From Selaginella moellendorffii (taxonomy: Eukaryota > Plantae > Lycopodiophyta), in assembly GCF_000143415.4 (NCBI RefSeq), contig NW_003314282.1, positions 1,383,374 through 1,447,373 of the forward strand: a stretch of DNA of 64,000 bases. Reading direction: 5' to 3'. Position numbers and translations under genes: made by a program. Shown one piece after another: positions 1 to 11,663 of the stretch (its first letter is position 1; every line of letters begins with the position of its first letter). Below the pieces are notes generated by a model. It had not been told where the DNA came from. It ran no database searches and saw only the letters and a program-made list of their open reading frames with translations.

Positions 1-179
1 TGTTGGCAATGTTTTGGTAGAGCATAAATATTTGATGGATTATTCAGCATAAAAGACTTCATTCCATTCTTGTCATCACGAACAGTTGCTGCCATTGGAC
101 AAAAAATAAAACGTTGCTAAACAAACCAAAATCGATTTCCTTATGGATACTTTAGGGATAAAGATCATGACTTGCTGTT

Positions 180-1160
180 TCAAATGAGCGTTTGGTTCTG
201 GGTCACCACCATGGAGAAGAGCAACGTGCCAAACCACATCTCACAAACAACTTTGTTTCCTCGACTTGAGCCTGGGAGCAAAGGTCCTATGGCTTTGACC
301 CCCTGGTTTGCGACCACTTTCTCGAGCAAAAGCCGCATGGGAGGAACCTGTTCCATGACAGAAACGTCAAGTCCGCTACAGTGAGATCGAAGAACTTTGT
401 CAGTGCTGGGAATCGCCATACTCCACTTTGAAAGCTATCACTTTCACAAGAGTGGTACCTGTAAGTCAGTGTCCTATACAGAAAAGTTAGGACGGATTAC
501 AATTCCAAATCCCCAGGACCAGCAGACATTGTCTTGGATGTAAACCAGGACCGTGACTGCAACGAGATGAATTCCCCAGAAGCACAACTTGAAGAACGAG
601 GCCTTCTTCTTTATCTCAGAGGAATCGTGCTCATCTGACAATCTCTTCCTCGATAAAGTTTACTTTGCAAACCAGCTTCTCGCAATGAAACCTGCTTTAA
701 TCAGTCCCTCTACCTAGAAGTGTGTGAAGATTGAAGAAAGGTGGCACTTTTCTCCGGCAAAGACGAACAATAGCTTGGACGTCCCTTGATTCCTTCCTTC
801 CCTTGATTTTCTCCAGTGTGATCCTGCTCAACTCTAGCCTCTATAACAGTTAACTTTCCTGACAATGTTTGATACCATCTAGTGTACCGAAGGCGGCAGT
901 GGCCGCTGTAAACTTTCCTCTAGAGTCCACTTTTAAACGTATTGGGAATACCGAGAACCTATGCGTTTCTTGTCTGCTTTGACATCGAAGGCCTCTTCAT
1001 GAACTGAAGCAGATTGCAACTCCATCCCTGCAAACAGCAAGCTTCATGATCAAATGAAGCATTTGATATTTTTTTCTCTCACCTTCCAAAGTTCGTTGTC
1101 AGCAAGCCGTCTCGAGTGAGAATTCGGGCTTTTGTAGTCAGCACTTTTCCAGTAAAGCTT
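180..1160 (-). pseudogene. Decayed, internally deleted copy of the neighbouring NPF transporter gene, interrupted by a CFAP206 exon-1 fragment
   Basis: 180-640 aligns by eye with 2940-3510, and 935-1160 with 4025-4300, with indels and deletions. 740-930 matches 7324-7540. Confidence 0.8.
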
Positions 1161-1319
1161 TCTTCTAATTACCATCATTTCCCAAGTTGAACATGAGATA
1201 GGAGGAAGTGAAGGCAAGTTAGCATCTTAGTCGTTGACATCCTGCTTCCCTGTTCAACTTTAGCACTACCTCCGGACTTTCATTTATTCCTGGTTTCGAA
1301 CGTGATTTCCAGACGCTTC

Positions 1320-1810
1320 TGAATTTCCGCACTTATCTGCAAAACATTCCGTTACAACCTCAATCGATGCCAGTCTAGTTCGGTGGACCTGTGTAATTAG
1401 CAGTCTCGTGTAATAGCTCGAGTGTCTCCTTTTTCAACGATCTGTCAGTGCGATGAAAAACAAAGGTAAGGTTCTACTATCGAGATCAGCTATGGCATTG
1501 GTAAGAGCCGAATCAAGGGAATTGACAACTTCTGTTATCTGCGTCAGGGCCATCAAGGTACAGGGACAATCTGTAATTGAATCTATCCCATATGCATGGG
1601 AGGGCCGCCATGGGATATAATGTCAAGCTAGTTTGCACTGTTCAGAGATCATACCAATTGTAACCTGTCCCAAAACAGAAGTTATGCTATTAACTTCTTC
1701 TGCTGCCTTTGAGTGCAAAAATGAAGATCGCGTGCAAACAAGTGCGCGAGAACTTACATGACAGCTAGTATCCTCAGCAATTGTCGAAATGTCGGTTATT
1801 AGAAAGAGTT
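1320..1810 (-). pseudogene. Decayed copy of CFAP206 3' exons and introns
   Basis: 1320-1545 resembles 4815-5195 (e.g. gagccgaatc...gaattgacaac.tctgtt.tctgcgtc), and 1757-1808 resembles 5204-5264. Confidence 0.7.
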
Positions 1811-2285
1811 CAAGGGAATCGTGAGCAGCCAGCCATTGCTGTGGATGATCTTGGGTCAAAACGTACAGCAGCAATTGAGAGAGGAATTCCTTCAGTAGCG
1901 CCTCATCCGACGGCCACAACTATGATTTCTCTCAAGTTGCGTGAAAAGGTTAGGTCGCAGACATGGACGCTTGGCCGAACAATTCGGACAAGAGACAGGA
2001 ATCAGATATGCTAGTTTCCTCGTATTTCCAGGCTTTGTATGCTCCTCACGCAATGACGTATGTGACAAGACAAAACTGTTCCCGTCTAGCTTTAGATTGG
2101 TGGACCATCAAATGCCGTGCTAGTAAATACAACACGAGGTTCTAATGCCGATGCTTCTCTCACGGATGCGCAAAAGGCAGCGCACCGGCAGATGAGTAGC
2201 GATGGACCGCAGTCAATGCAAGCTGATGACTAGAAGTCCATTGGCTGAATACGAATCTTTGATTTAGATTAACGAATGTTTCTTC

Positions 2286-4150
2286 TTAAACTCTAGAGGA
2301 AGGTGGCAGCAACACTTCATTGTCTTTGTACTTGAACCAGATCGCCAGTGGCACGAAAACTCCAATGTTGGCAACGTTGAGCGCCGCAAGCAGCCAGTAG
2401 AAGAAGTTTAGATGCCCCTGGTTGAGGTTGTGCTGGATCCAAGGATGCGAGGGACCTGTGACGCGGTTGACAACCGTGATGAGAATGCTGCTCAAGAAGC
2501 TCCCGCCCGCGAGGGTGGTCAGCTGGAGCGCGGCCCCCAAGCTACGCATCGCTGCCGGAGCTTGATCGTAGAAAAACTCGATCTGGCCGCTGTAAGTGAA
2601 CACCTCCGCCAGTCCCAGGAGAATGTACTGCGGTAGAAGCCAGAAGATCGTCATTGGCAGCGGCTTGCTGTGTGGAAACTCCCTCGCGACTTTGAGCCTC
2701 TTCGTCTCGACCAGACCCCCCGCCAGCATCGAGGCCACCGTGATGAACATCCCGATTCCCATCCGCTGGAGCATGGTGATGCCTCTCGGGTGCCCCGTGA
2801 TCTTCCGGACCGACGGGACGAAGAGGCGATCGTAGAGCGGCATGGAGAAGAGGACAGTCAGGTTTGTGAAGAGCAGCATCGAGGCTGGCGGGATCTTAAA
2901 CTTGCCGTGGATGCTGTTCTCCAGGGTGCTCCCTTGCTTGACGAAGAGCGTTGGGTTCTGAGCCACCGCCGTGGAGAAGAGCAGCGTGCCAAACCACATT
3001 GGTAGAATCCTCATGAACACCTTTGTTTCCTCGACTTGAGCCTGGGAGCAAAGGTCCCATGGCTTTTTGGCATCGCCTGGCTTGCGACCACTTTCTCGAG
3101 CAAAAGCCGCCCGGTCGAGGAACCTGTTCCATGATAAACAAAGACAGCAACGTCAAGTCCGCTACAGTAAGATCGAAGAACTTTAGCTTACGCTATCGGC
3201 TTTGTTGCTTTGTCAGTGCTGGCGGGAATCGCCATATGCCACTTCGAGATTGCCGAGGCTATCACTTTCACTATAGTTGTGAGGGGACTACCGTGCGGCT
3301 TCTGATACCTGTAATTCGGTGTCCCATACAGCAAAGTTAGGACAGATATGACCATGAGTACCGTCGGAATTCCAAATCCCCAGGACCAGCCGACGTTGTC
3401 TTGGATGTAAACCAGGACCGTGACTGCAACGAGCTGGCCGGCGTGAATTCCCCAGAACCACCAGTTGAAGAACGAGGCCTTCTTCTTTATCTCGGAGGAA
3501 TCTTTCTCATCAAACTGGTCCGCTCCAAACGACGAAACGCACGGCTTCATGCAACCCGAGCCAACCGCAACCAGGTAGAGGGCAACGAAGAAGAATGCGC
3601 GCTGCTGCTTGGAGGCTGGATTGCAGGTTTCATTCCGAGACGCTGGTTGGCAAGGTAATGGGCGAAGGGACTTTAGCGAGGAAGAGACCGTGAGTAGAAT
3701 CAGGCCCTGCGGGAAAAAATACATAAGCAATCGTCTGAAGAATGCAGAGAAAGTGAAACAAATCTGCTTACCAAAATGTACAGTCCAGCCATGGTGAGAA
3801 TAGTCCGATAGCGCCCCCAGAATGCGTCTGCTAGAAATGCTCCCAAGAGAGTCACCATGTAGATGGTCCCAACCCAGTTGTTGATGTTGGTAGCCGCTTC
3901 AGCCGTGTTTTCGTGAAGAACACTAGTCATGTAAGTCACCAGGTTCGCCAGGATTGCAAAGAAGGCTATCCTGTCGAATATTTCATTGGCTGCAAGAAAA
4001 AACTCAAGTAAGCTAAGTGAAGCTTTCAAAGGTATTGGGAATACCAAGAACGTAGCAACACCCCTTCCATCCACCGGTGCTTTTCTTGTCGGCAAGTCGT
4101 CCCTTGAAATCGAAGGCCTCGTCGTGAACTGAAGCAGATTGCAATTCCAT
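2286..4150 (-). CDS. NRT1/PTR (NPF) family nitrate/peptide transporter, 4 exons
   Basis: MELQSASVHDEAFDFKGRLADKKSTGGWKG; EIFDRIAFF; GAFLADAFWGRY; KPCVSSFGADQFD; FFNWWF; QRMGIG; EFFYDQAP. GT-AG introns join the ORF pieces in frame (checked for ...KPIA|FLDRAA). Confidence 0.92.
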
Positions 4151-4762
4151 GTGTGTCGTCCCTGCAAACAGCAAGCTTCATGATTCAAATGAAACATTTC
4201 ATAGTTTGAAGTCTCACCTCCTCCAAAGTTTGTTACCAACAGCTTCGAGTGGAAATTTGGTGTGCATGTCCACGGGCTTTTGTAGTCAGCACTTTCCAGT
4301 AAAGGAGGTTGTCCAGTCGTTTTTGAAGTCCTTCTCTTCGTTTCTGTCTTCAATCTTGCGTACGAGGCAGATAACTCATCGAAGGGTCGAAATCTGTGGC
4401 GGATAACGATATATTCCAGGTTCCTTGATCTTTTTTAAAGTTTGTGGCGTCCTGCTAGGCAGTATGAGCTTTTGTTTAAATCTTCTGATTCCCCTGCATC
4501 ATTCTCCAAGTTGAAGAGGAGGTGGGCGGAAGTGGAGGAATCTAACTCATGCACTTCTACCACAGAGTCCCTCTCTTACTTCATCTGATGAAGTTATCTT
4601 ACCAACACCTTAGTCGTCGTCATCTTGGAACCTGTGCGTCCCATGTTTACTTTTAGCACTGGGAACCACATTCTATTTTTTCATCTTTTGTGACTGTACC
4701 CACTGGTAAAGACAATGATGGTGGATTTCGCATTGTGGCCTGAAAGCAAACACGTGCTTTCG

Positions 4763-7700
4763 TTAGAAAACTCCCACATGATTGTCATCCATACCTCCAA
4801 CATGAGCGCTTCTAAATCTCCGCAATTATCCGCAGAAACATTTTTAAAGGTCGTACTTAGCATGAAGCATCATGTTCCGGACTTGCCTGGACGTGTTACA
4901 CCCTCGATTAATGCCAGTCTGAGTGCCAGTGTGCTTTGGCAGCCACACCTGTTGCATTCGCGATGCGTGAGCATCGTTTTACAGAAAAGAAATGTTTGAA
5001 AATGAAACTAATAAGGACCTGTGTTTGCAGCGATCTCCTGTAATAGCTAGAGCATGTCTGTGCACTGGTTGTCTCCTTATTCAACGACCTGACAGTATAA
5101 TGAAAAACAATGGTAAGTTTCCACTATCGAAGTCCAACCATTACCTGGTCAGAGCCGAATCCAACGAATTGACAACATCTGTTGTTGTCTGCGTCGAGAA
5201 CTCACATGAAAGTGGCTTACTTAGTATGCTCAGCAACTGTCGAAATGCTGGTTATTACAAAGAGACGACAAACACCAAAAGAAAGGACCCAAACCTTGGA
5301 AATATTCAGGACAGAAAAAGGAGCCTCGTTTTCCAGCGCCAAAATGTGGACCAGCTGAGACATCTTGCGAACAGCATTCGTCACGGCTTCAAGATATAAC
5401 GACGGCCCAGCGATGAACCTGTGACCACCCGCGCGTCAGCACAAAAGAGTAGACGATACTAAAGAACCTTGACGAACTCCATGCAAAGACAGACACAAAA
5501 TGAGCTTGTAGATGCATTTGACTAGCGAGTTGACGACGAACCTAGCTATAGCATCCACTTCTCTGCAGAATCAAGCACCGGTAAAAGAGATTACTGGTTT
5601 AACGCTTCCTCGCTAGAAAATGCATAAAGCTTTCCCTCGACATGCACGAGTCCTATGTCAGGATCTCCGTGAAGAAGGAGGCCTCTGTGCTTGGCTAATG
5701 CAACCGGACAATAGCCAGAAAGCTGCAAGGCTCCCCCACCTTGCAATGCATTCTCCACATCCTCGTCTCTCAAAATACCGCATCTTAAATCTTGTTGTGT
5801 GCCCGCTTTGCTTAAGCTTTGCATGCAAGAAACAGAAAATCAGTTTCAAACAAAGCCAACCACACAGGACTTACATCACGTCGTTCTCGTGCCAGTCGAC
5901 TGTGTAGACTTCGGGAGGCAGAAAAGTGGTGTAGTTCACAAGGGTGTTCAGTTTTGACAAACCCGTCGAAGAGCATATGTTTGCTATGCCAGATGGCGTG
6001 GGCGTGAAGAGAGGCTGAGAAGCTAGTGAAAGTAACGGAATGGAGGCCCTGGCATACGCTCGAAGAACTCTTAGCTCCTCACCAACAGACTTGACTATTG
6101 TTCCTACAGCTTGGAATTGGGGGTACACCTGCGATGAATACTTCATAAGTTAGGACATGAAGGAGAAGAAAAATAAAAGCAGAAAACAACAGACCAGTTC
6201 ATTCGCGATACAGCTCCTGCATTCGATGGTTTCATACAAGTTTCTGAGGTGCTCGCAACACTTGTCATCATACTCCCTGACGATACCAAATCTCTCCGTG
6301 AGAACATTTTGGAGGCCTTCCAGCAGCGCAAATGCTTGCAAGTAATAAGCAAGCTCGTCCCGTAGTCTCTGAAGCAAGACGTGACGCATTCCAAGTGGCT
6401 CGAGGTGCAGTCTGATTGCCTCCGCACACCTCTGAGCTTTCTCGTTGGTCTTTTGCAGACAATCCATCAGCGTTTCACCCAAACTCTTCATCTCATCCCT
6501 GTAGTGTCCAAACGGAAGCTCAAATCCTTCACCACCTCTGCCCAGCGACCTTCACACAAGTTCCCAGTTTCTTGAGATGAGCTTTGGAGCCAAGGAAACT
6601 ATCCACCATGCAACGTACTTGTTGAACACACGAATGCCTGTTACCGCGGCAGCCATCTCTTCAACTTGTATTGCTTTCTCGGCTTTTGGATGATCAATCC
6701 AAGAGATGCACGTCGCCTGTGGAAAGATACTCTCGAGAGCCGCTCGAATCTCGGTTATACTGGCAACTGTCATCTTCTCCTCGACTTCCTTGCTAAAGTG
6801 AAGGACGTATCTCAGCATCCGCGAATGTAAATCCTCCACGATCTGGAATGTTCTTTGCAAGTCGTTTATCTGAATGGACGTCCAAATTGAGAAACTTGTT
6901 GGGAACGCTATGAATACGTTGGACCTGAACTTCCGCGACGGATTTCGCCATGTCCTTGAGCACTGCCTTCCTCCGGTCAGCATCCATTTTCAATCCCTTC
7001 AACTCCAGATCCGTGGCGGCTTGTGCAGAAATCTGATCGCTACAGAAAAGGTATTTCAAAACCAAGGTCATAATTGCTTCGAATGTACCTGAAGTCTAAT
7101 TGTCTCTTGAGCAGGACAATCCTCTCGCAAAAGCCTCTGAACACAGCCGTCCAGAAAATCTTTTGAAGAGTCTTCCGCAACTCCAGGGCTGCAAACGCAG
7201 ACAGAGATCATGTAAAACTGGTAAAACTGGTAGCACAGAAAAACTTTTAAGTTACCTGGACATCTCTGGATTAAGCAAAGAGCCCGCTCGAAGTTGAAAA
7301 TAAGCCATAGCGTCGAAGAAAGGCGGCACTTCTTTTGCCAGTCTCACACTTTTCTCCCGACAAAGACGAACAATAGCTTGGACGTTGCTTGATTCCTTCC
7401 TGTATCTTTCTTCCTCTCCAGCGTGACCCCGCTCATCTCTAGCCTCTATAACTTTCCTGACAATATTGGATACCATGTAGTGTACCAAAGGCGCTGTGGC
7501 TGCTGTAAGCTCCTCGTCGCACCCCTCTAGAGCCAACTTATCGAAACTAGAAGTAAGAACCTCATGTTTCAAGTGATCGTGATCGTGATCGTGATTAGCA
7601 TCTTCGTTTCCTGCCACCACTTCCTCAAAAACTTTCGAAACCATGCTATGAACTTCACCGCCAGCCTCTACTGCTCGCAAGATCTCCGCCAAATCCCTTC

Positions 7701-8076
7701 CATCGCCCTCCATCTCTCCCAAAATTCTGGATCCCATCACTTGGACCTCTTTGGCAGCCACTATCCTCTCCAAAATCCCCGACAACATGGAATGAACCAA
7801 TTCCTCCATGGCCGATTTCTGCGGCCCATTCGCAACAAAGAAATGCACGGCACCAGTATCGACATCCACCGCGACGCTGTCGCTATGCACAACGCGCTGG
7901 AACACCGCCGCGACCATGGCGCGCACGGCCTCCTCCCCATCAAACACACCTCGATCCGCAAGGCGCTCGTAAACCCTAGAATCGCCAGCGGCCACCACAT
8001 CCCCGGCAGCTCTCATCACTCCCTGGATCACCCGCGCTATCATCTGCCGCACTGCCTCCAGCTGCTCGCGATCCAT
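4763..8076 (-). CDS. CFAP206: Cilia- and flagella-associated protein 206 homolog (multi-exon) with a long N-terminal extension; 3' end approximate
   Basis: CVQRLLREDCPAQETIRLQ; AALESIFPQ...VTGIRVFNK; GYCPVAL..HRGLLLHGDP..G...KLYAF; FIAGPSLYLEAV; TSAQTCSSYYRRSLQTQ|VWLPK. All resemble conserved CFAP206 blocks, in the expected order. Confidence 0.8.
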
Positions 8077-8176
8077 CGCGCGAGCCCTAAACCCTAGCCC
8101 CAGAAGGCGCGAAGCAACAAAAGGCGCCAAATTTAAAATTTAAAATTTAAAAGTTGAAGAGCCCTAATTCTTTCTA

Positions 8177-9625
8177 ATGGAGGATGTCCAAAGCCAAGCT
8201 CTAGCGATTCCTGCGAGAGAGAAGAAACGAGTGAGAGTGAATGCCGCGCCCTACGCAGCAGCGCTCCAGCGATTTGGCAACGAGAAATCTCTCCTGCAAG
8301 GAAAGAGGCTCCACGCCTTGATCGCCCAACGCCACCACGACCGAGACACTTACATCGGCAATCTCCTCGTCCAAATGTATGGCAAGTTCGGCAACATGGA
8401 AGACGCGGAGCTCGCATTCCACCGCATCGCCAAGCCCAACATCTTCTCCTTCAACCTCTTGATCGCCGCGTACCTCCAAAACGATTGCAGCGCCAGAGCT
8501 CTCGCCACTTTCGATCGGATGATCTCCTCCAGCAGCGTCGCCCCGGACGCTTACACTTTCTCCAACGCGGTCACCGCCTGCTCCAAGCTGGAAAATCTGT
8601 CCAGAGGTGAGGAACTCCACGAGAGAATCGCCTGCTCAAACCTGGAGAACACCACTGTCGTAGAGAATTCGCTGCTGGGTATGTACTCACGGTGCGGGAG
8701 CATCGATCGAGCTCGCCAACTTTTCGATCAGATGTGCTGCAAAGATCTCGTGTCCTGGAACACGATGCTCGCGGGATATGCCCAGAACGGGCATAGCAGC
8801 CAGGCTCTCGCGCTGTACAGCAAGATGTTAGAACAAGGCATCCAAGCTGACGATTTCACTTACTCGAGCGTTCTCAGCGCCTGCTCCAAGTGCGGTTCCT
8901 CGGATCTCCGCAGCCAAGCTGCCGGGCTGCTCGAAAAATCCATGGCCTCCGCCAGTGTCGTTGTGAAAAATGCGGCTGTCCAGTTGCTTGCCAGATGCGA
9001 GGGCCTCTCCAGCGCGAGGAAAAAGTTCGAGGCGATGGGGGCCGAGCGGAATGACGTCTCCTGGAACTCGATGATCGCTGCGTTTGCTGAGCACGGAGGT
9101 CTGGACCAGGCGATGGAGCTTTATCGCGAGATGGAGCTCGAAGGTGTCCAACCGAGTGAGGTGACCTTCATGAGCATCTTGCGAGCTTGCAGCCACTCTG
9201 GAGAGCTGGAGCAGGCCATCCGGAGCTTTGGCTGCATGCAGCACGACCATTGCCGGCTATTCCCTTTGCAGCAACAGTACCGCTGCGTTGTGGACGTTCT
9301 TGGACGAGCCGGATGGCTGGACCAGGCTGAGTATTTCATTTGCGGCACCGAGGAGCTCGAGCGGGATCCGGTTGCATGGCTGACACTTCTTGGAGCCTGC
9401 AGTGTCCATCGCGATGTAGATCGAGGAATTCAAGTCGCCAACAGGGTGGTGGAGCTGGATTCCAAGGGAGCTGCTGCTATTCCAGCTCTTGTGTTGCTGT
9501 CCAATATCTTTGCTGCTGCTGGAAGATGGGATGACGTTGCAAGCCTGAGAAGAGTCATTGATCAGAAAACTGAAAGACAAGAAAGAATCAAAAGAACTTG
9601 TTTACCTCGAGCCAAGTTCGCGTGA
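8177..9625 (+). CDS. PLS-class pentatricopeptide repeat protein with E-type C-terminus, no DYW domain
   Basis: Intronless 482 aa ORF with NLLVQMYGKFG, VSWNTMLAGYAQNG, CVVDVLGRAG, WLTLLGAC and VLLSNIFAAAGRWDD. Confidence 0.93.
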   Translation: MEDVQSQALAIPAREKKRVRVNAAPYAAALQRFGNEKSLLQGKRLHALIAQRHHDRDTYIGNLLVQMYGKFGNMEDAELAFHRIAKPNIFSFNLLIAAYLQNDCSARALATFDRMISSSSVAPDAYTFSNAVTACSKLENLSRGEELHERIACSNLENTTVVENSLLGMYSRCGSIDRARQLFDQMCCKDLVSWNTMLAGYAQNGHSSQALALYSKMLEQGIQADDFTYSSVLSACSKCGSSDLRSQAAGLLEKSMASASVVVKNAAVQLLARCEGLSSARKKFEAMGAERNDVSWNSMIAAFAEHGGLDQAMELYREMELEGVQPSEVTFMSILRACSHSGELEQAIRSFGCMQHDHCRLFPLQQQYRCVVDVLGRAGWLDQAEYFICGTEELERDPVAWLTLLGACSVHRDVDRGIQVANRVVELDSKGAAAIPALVLLSNIFAAAGRWDDVASLRRVIDQKTERQERIKRTCLPRAKFA

Positions 9626-9674
9626 CATCGTCCTGGATGCAAAAGGGAGAAGAAAAACGGACATGCTTGCCTTC

Positions 9675-11609
9675 TCAAGATGACGACTTCAAATTCCTCT
9701 CCCTGTAGAGGTGAGACAGCAGCACATACGTTGCACTGGCCTGCGGCGAGGCTTTCAAAAGCTTCTCACCAAAGATCTCGGCTCGACCAAAATCTCCATG
9801 CAGCTTACAGTTCGTGAGCAGCAGCTTCCAAGCCGTTCCATCGGCATCAAATGGCATACTCTCGAGCAGCTCCTGAGCCTGGGAAGTATGTCCCGCTCGG
9901 CCCAAAAGATCAGCTACACAGACGAAATGCTCCATGGTTGGAACCATACCGAAGTCACCTTGAAGTGAAAGGTACTGCTCGAGTCCATCCTTGTACAGCC
10001 CTGCGTGGCTACATAAGCAGAGAACGCATATGTAGAGTATGTCGTCGGGCTCCACGCCTTCCATAACCATCCTGTGGAAAACCATCAAGCCCGCCTTTCC
10101 CTGTCCATTGTAGCCATAAGCTGCGACCATCGCCGTCCAAGCCATCACCTCTTTGTCCTCGAGTTTCTCAAACAGCTCCAAAGCAACTCCCAGCAGTCCA
10201 CACTTCCCATACATGTTGATCAGCGCCGTCGCAACTTTAGTATTTGAATCCAAGCCGTGACTGATCGCTGTGGCGTGGAGACGCTTTCCTTGTTCCAGAA
10301 TCGTGGAGTTTGCGCACACGTCGAGAACCACGAGAAAGGATATACAGTCTGGCTTGACATCCATTCTCCAAAACAGCTCCAGCGCTTCTCTGTCCTGTCC
10401 CTTGTGTGCGTATGCGGAGATGATCACATTCCAAGAGATCACGTCCTTTTTCGGCATGCTGTCGAACAACTCCCGAGCTTCGAGCAGTTCTCCGTTGATA
10501 GCGTAGCCAAGCACCATAGCTGTTCTCGACACCATGTCATGCTCGGGCATCCTGTCGAAAAGTGCCTTTGAATCCTTGGTATAGCCGTGCTGGGCATACG
10601 CTTCGAGCATGGTGGTGCAGGTTACTAAGTCGAGACTGGGCATTCTCTGAAACAGCCCCTGTGCCTCGACAAGCTTCCCCCTCTTTGCATAAGCTCCGAT
10701 CATAGCAGCCCACGAGATTCCATTCCTCTCCGGTATTCCATCGAACAAACTCCTTGCTTCTCTGCAATGATCCTTCTCTTGTGTCATCCCTGTTGAGTTA
10801 TCTCGAAGTAGACTTCTTTCCGACCAGGAGAAAAGCCTGCTTTTCGAGAGTATATCACCACCTTCGAAAGGATTCTTGCTTTGCTGCGGCCCCCCGTCTT
10901 GAGCATACGCTGTGATCATTCCGTTCCAGGACTGGACATTCCACTGCGGCATCCTCTCGAAAACAGTCTTGGCTCTAACCAGGCTTCCGTTCTGCGCGCA
11001 CGCAGTAAACATTGCGTTCCAGCACGCAGCGTCCCTCGAAGGCATTCTGTCGAACATTCCTTTCGCCACCTGAGGCTGCCAGCTCTGGGCATATGCCGTA
11101 AACATGCTCGTCCACGAAATGAAGTCCCACTCGGGCATCTTCTCAAACATCCGGCTGGCTTCCTGGAGCAGCCCACCCTTCGCATACCACCCAAACAGCG
11201 AAGTCCAAGTCACTGCATTCTTTTGCGGAGCTCCCTCAAACGCAAGCCGTGCCTCTCGCAGAAACCCATTCGTGGCATAAGCCTTGATCAGCAGATTCCA
11301 CGAGAAAACGTTGGGCTCCTTGATGCCATCGAACACAGCCTTGGCGGCCTCCCAGTTTCCGCAGCTCCCGTACATATCCACCAGCAAGTTCCCGAGGAAA
11401 GTGTGCCCCTTGTAGCCGGATGTGTCGATATGGTCGTGGACCCGTTTACCTTGAAGGATCGACTTGGTCTGAGCGCATTGCCGCAGCAGAGAGGCGTAAG
11501 TGTCAATCGTAGCGGAGTCTCTGCCTAGAACAGCATCCAGATCCTGGAAAACATCACGGTAAGCAAGAGGAAGATTTCTTACTGCTCTAACAGCAAAAGG
11601 AGCATGCAT
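9675..11609 (-). CDS. PLS/SS-class pentatricopeptide repeat protein with E-type C-terminus, no DYW domain
   Basis: Intronless 644 aa ORF with a run of short ~31-aa motifs (FDRMP..D.VSW..M..AYA..G), CVADLLGRAG and ATYVLLSHLY. Confidence 0.93.
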   Translation of the reverse strand: MHAPFAVRAVRNLPLAYRDVFQDLDAVLGRDSATIDTYASLLRQCAQTKSILQGKRVHDHIDTSGYKGHTFLGNLLVDMYGSCGNWEAAKAVFDGIKEPNVFSWNLLIKAYATNGFLREARLAFEGAPQKNAVTWTSLFGWYAKGGLLQEASRMFEKMPEWDFISWTSMFTAYAQSWQPQVAKGMFDRMPSRDAACWNAMFTACAQNGSLVRAKTVFERMPQWNVQSWNGMITAYAQDGGPQQSKNPFEGGDILSKSRLFSWSERSLLRDNSTGMTQEKDHCREARSLFDGIPERNGISWAAMIGAYAKRGKLVEAQGLFQRMPSLDLVTCTTMLEAYAQHGYTKDSKALFDRMPEHDMVSRTAMVLGYAINGELLEARELFDSMPKKDVISWNVIISAYAHKGQDREALELFWRMDVKPDCISFLVVLDVCANSTILEQGKRLHATAISHGLDSNTKVATALINMYGKCGLLGVALELFEKLEDKEVMAWTAMVAAYGYNGQGKAGLMVFHRMVMEGVEPDDILYICVLCLCSHAGLYKDGLEQYLSLQGDFGMVPTMEHFVCVADLLGRAGHTSQAQELLESMPFDADGTAWKLLLTNCKLHGDFGRAEIFGEKLLKASPQASATYVLLSHLYRERNLKSSS

Positions 11610-11663
11610 TAGCTAGTAATACATCCTCCAAGGCAGGGGCTTTAAGGTTCAGGGTTTCTGGCG

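Noticed and set aside
3122-3191. Apparent premature stop in the NPF gene
   Set aside because: The stop lies in a GT-AG intron; splicing restores the frame (KPIA|FLDRAA).
7970-8100. aaaccctag/aaaccctaa motifs as interstitial telomere
   Set aside because: They are isolated single copies near gene starts throughout the window, consistent with promoter telo-boxes.
7252-8130. 292-aa ORF as an independent gene
   Set aside because: It ends at a GT donor and its last ~45 aa resemble the CFAP206 N-terminus, so it is treated as exon 1 of CFAP206.
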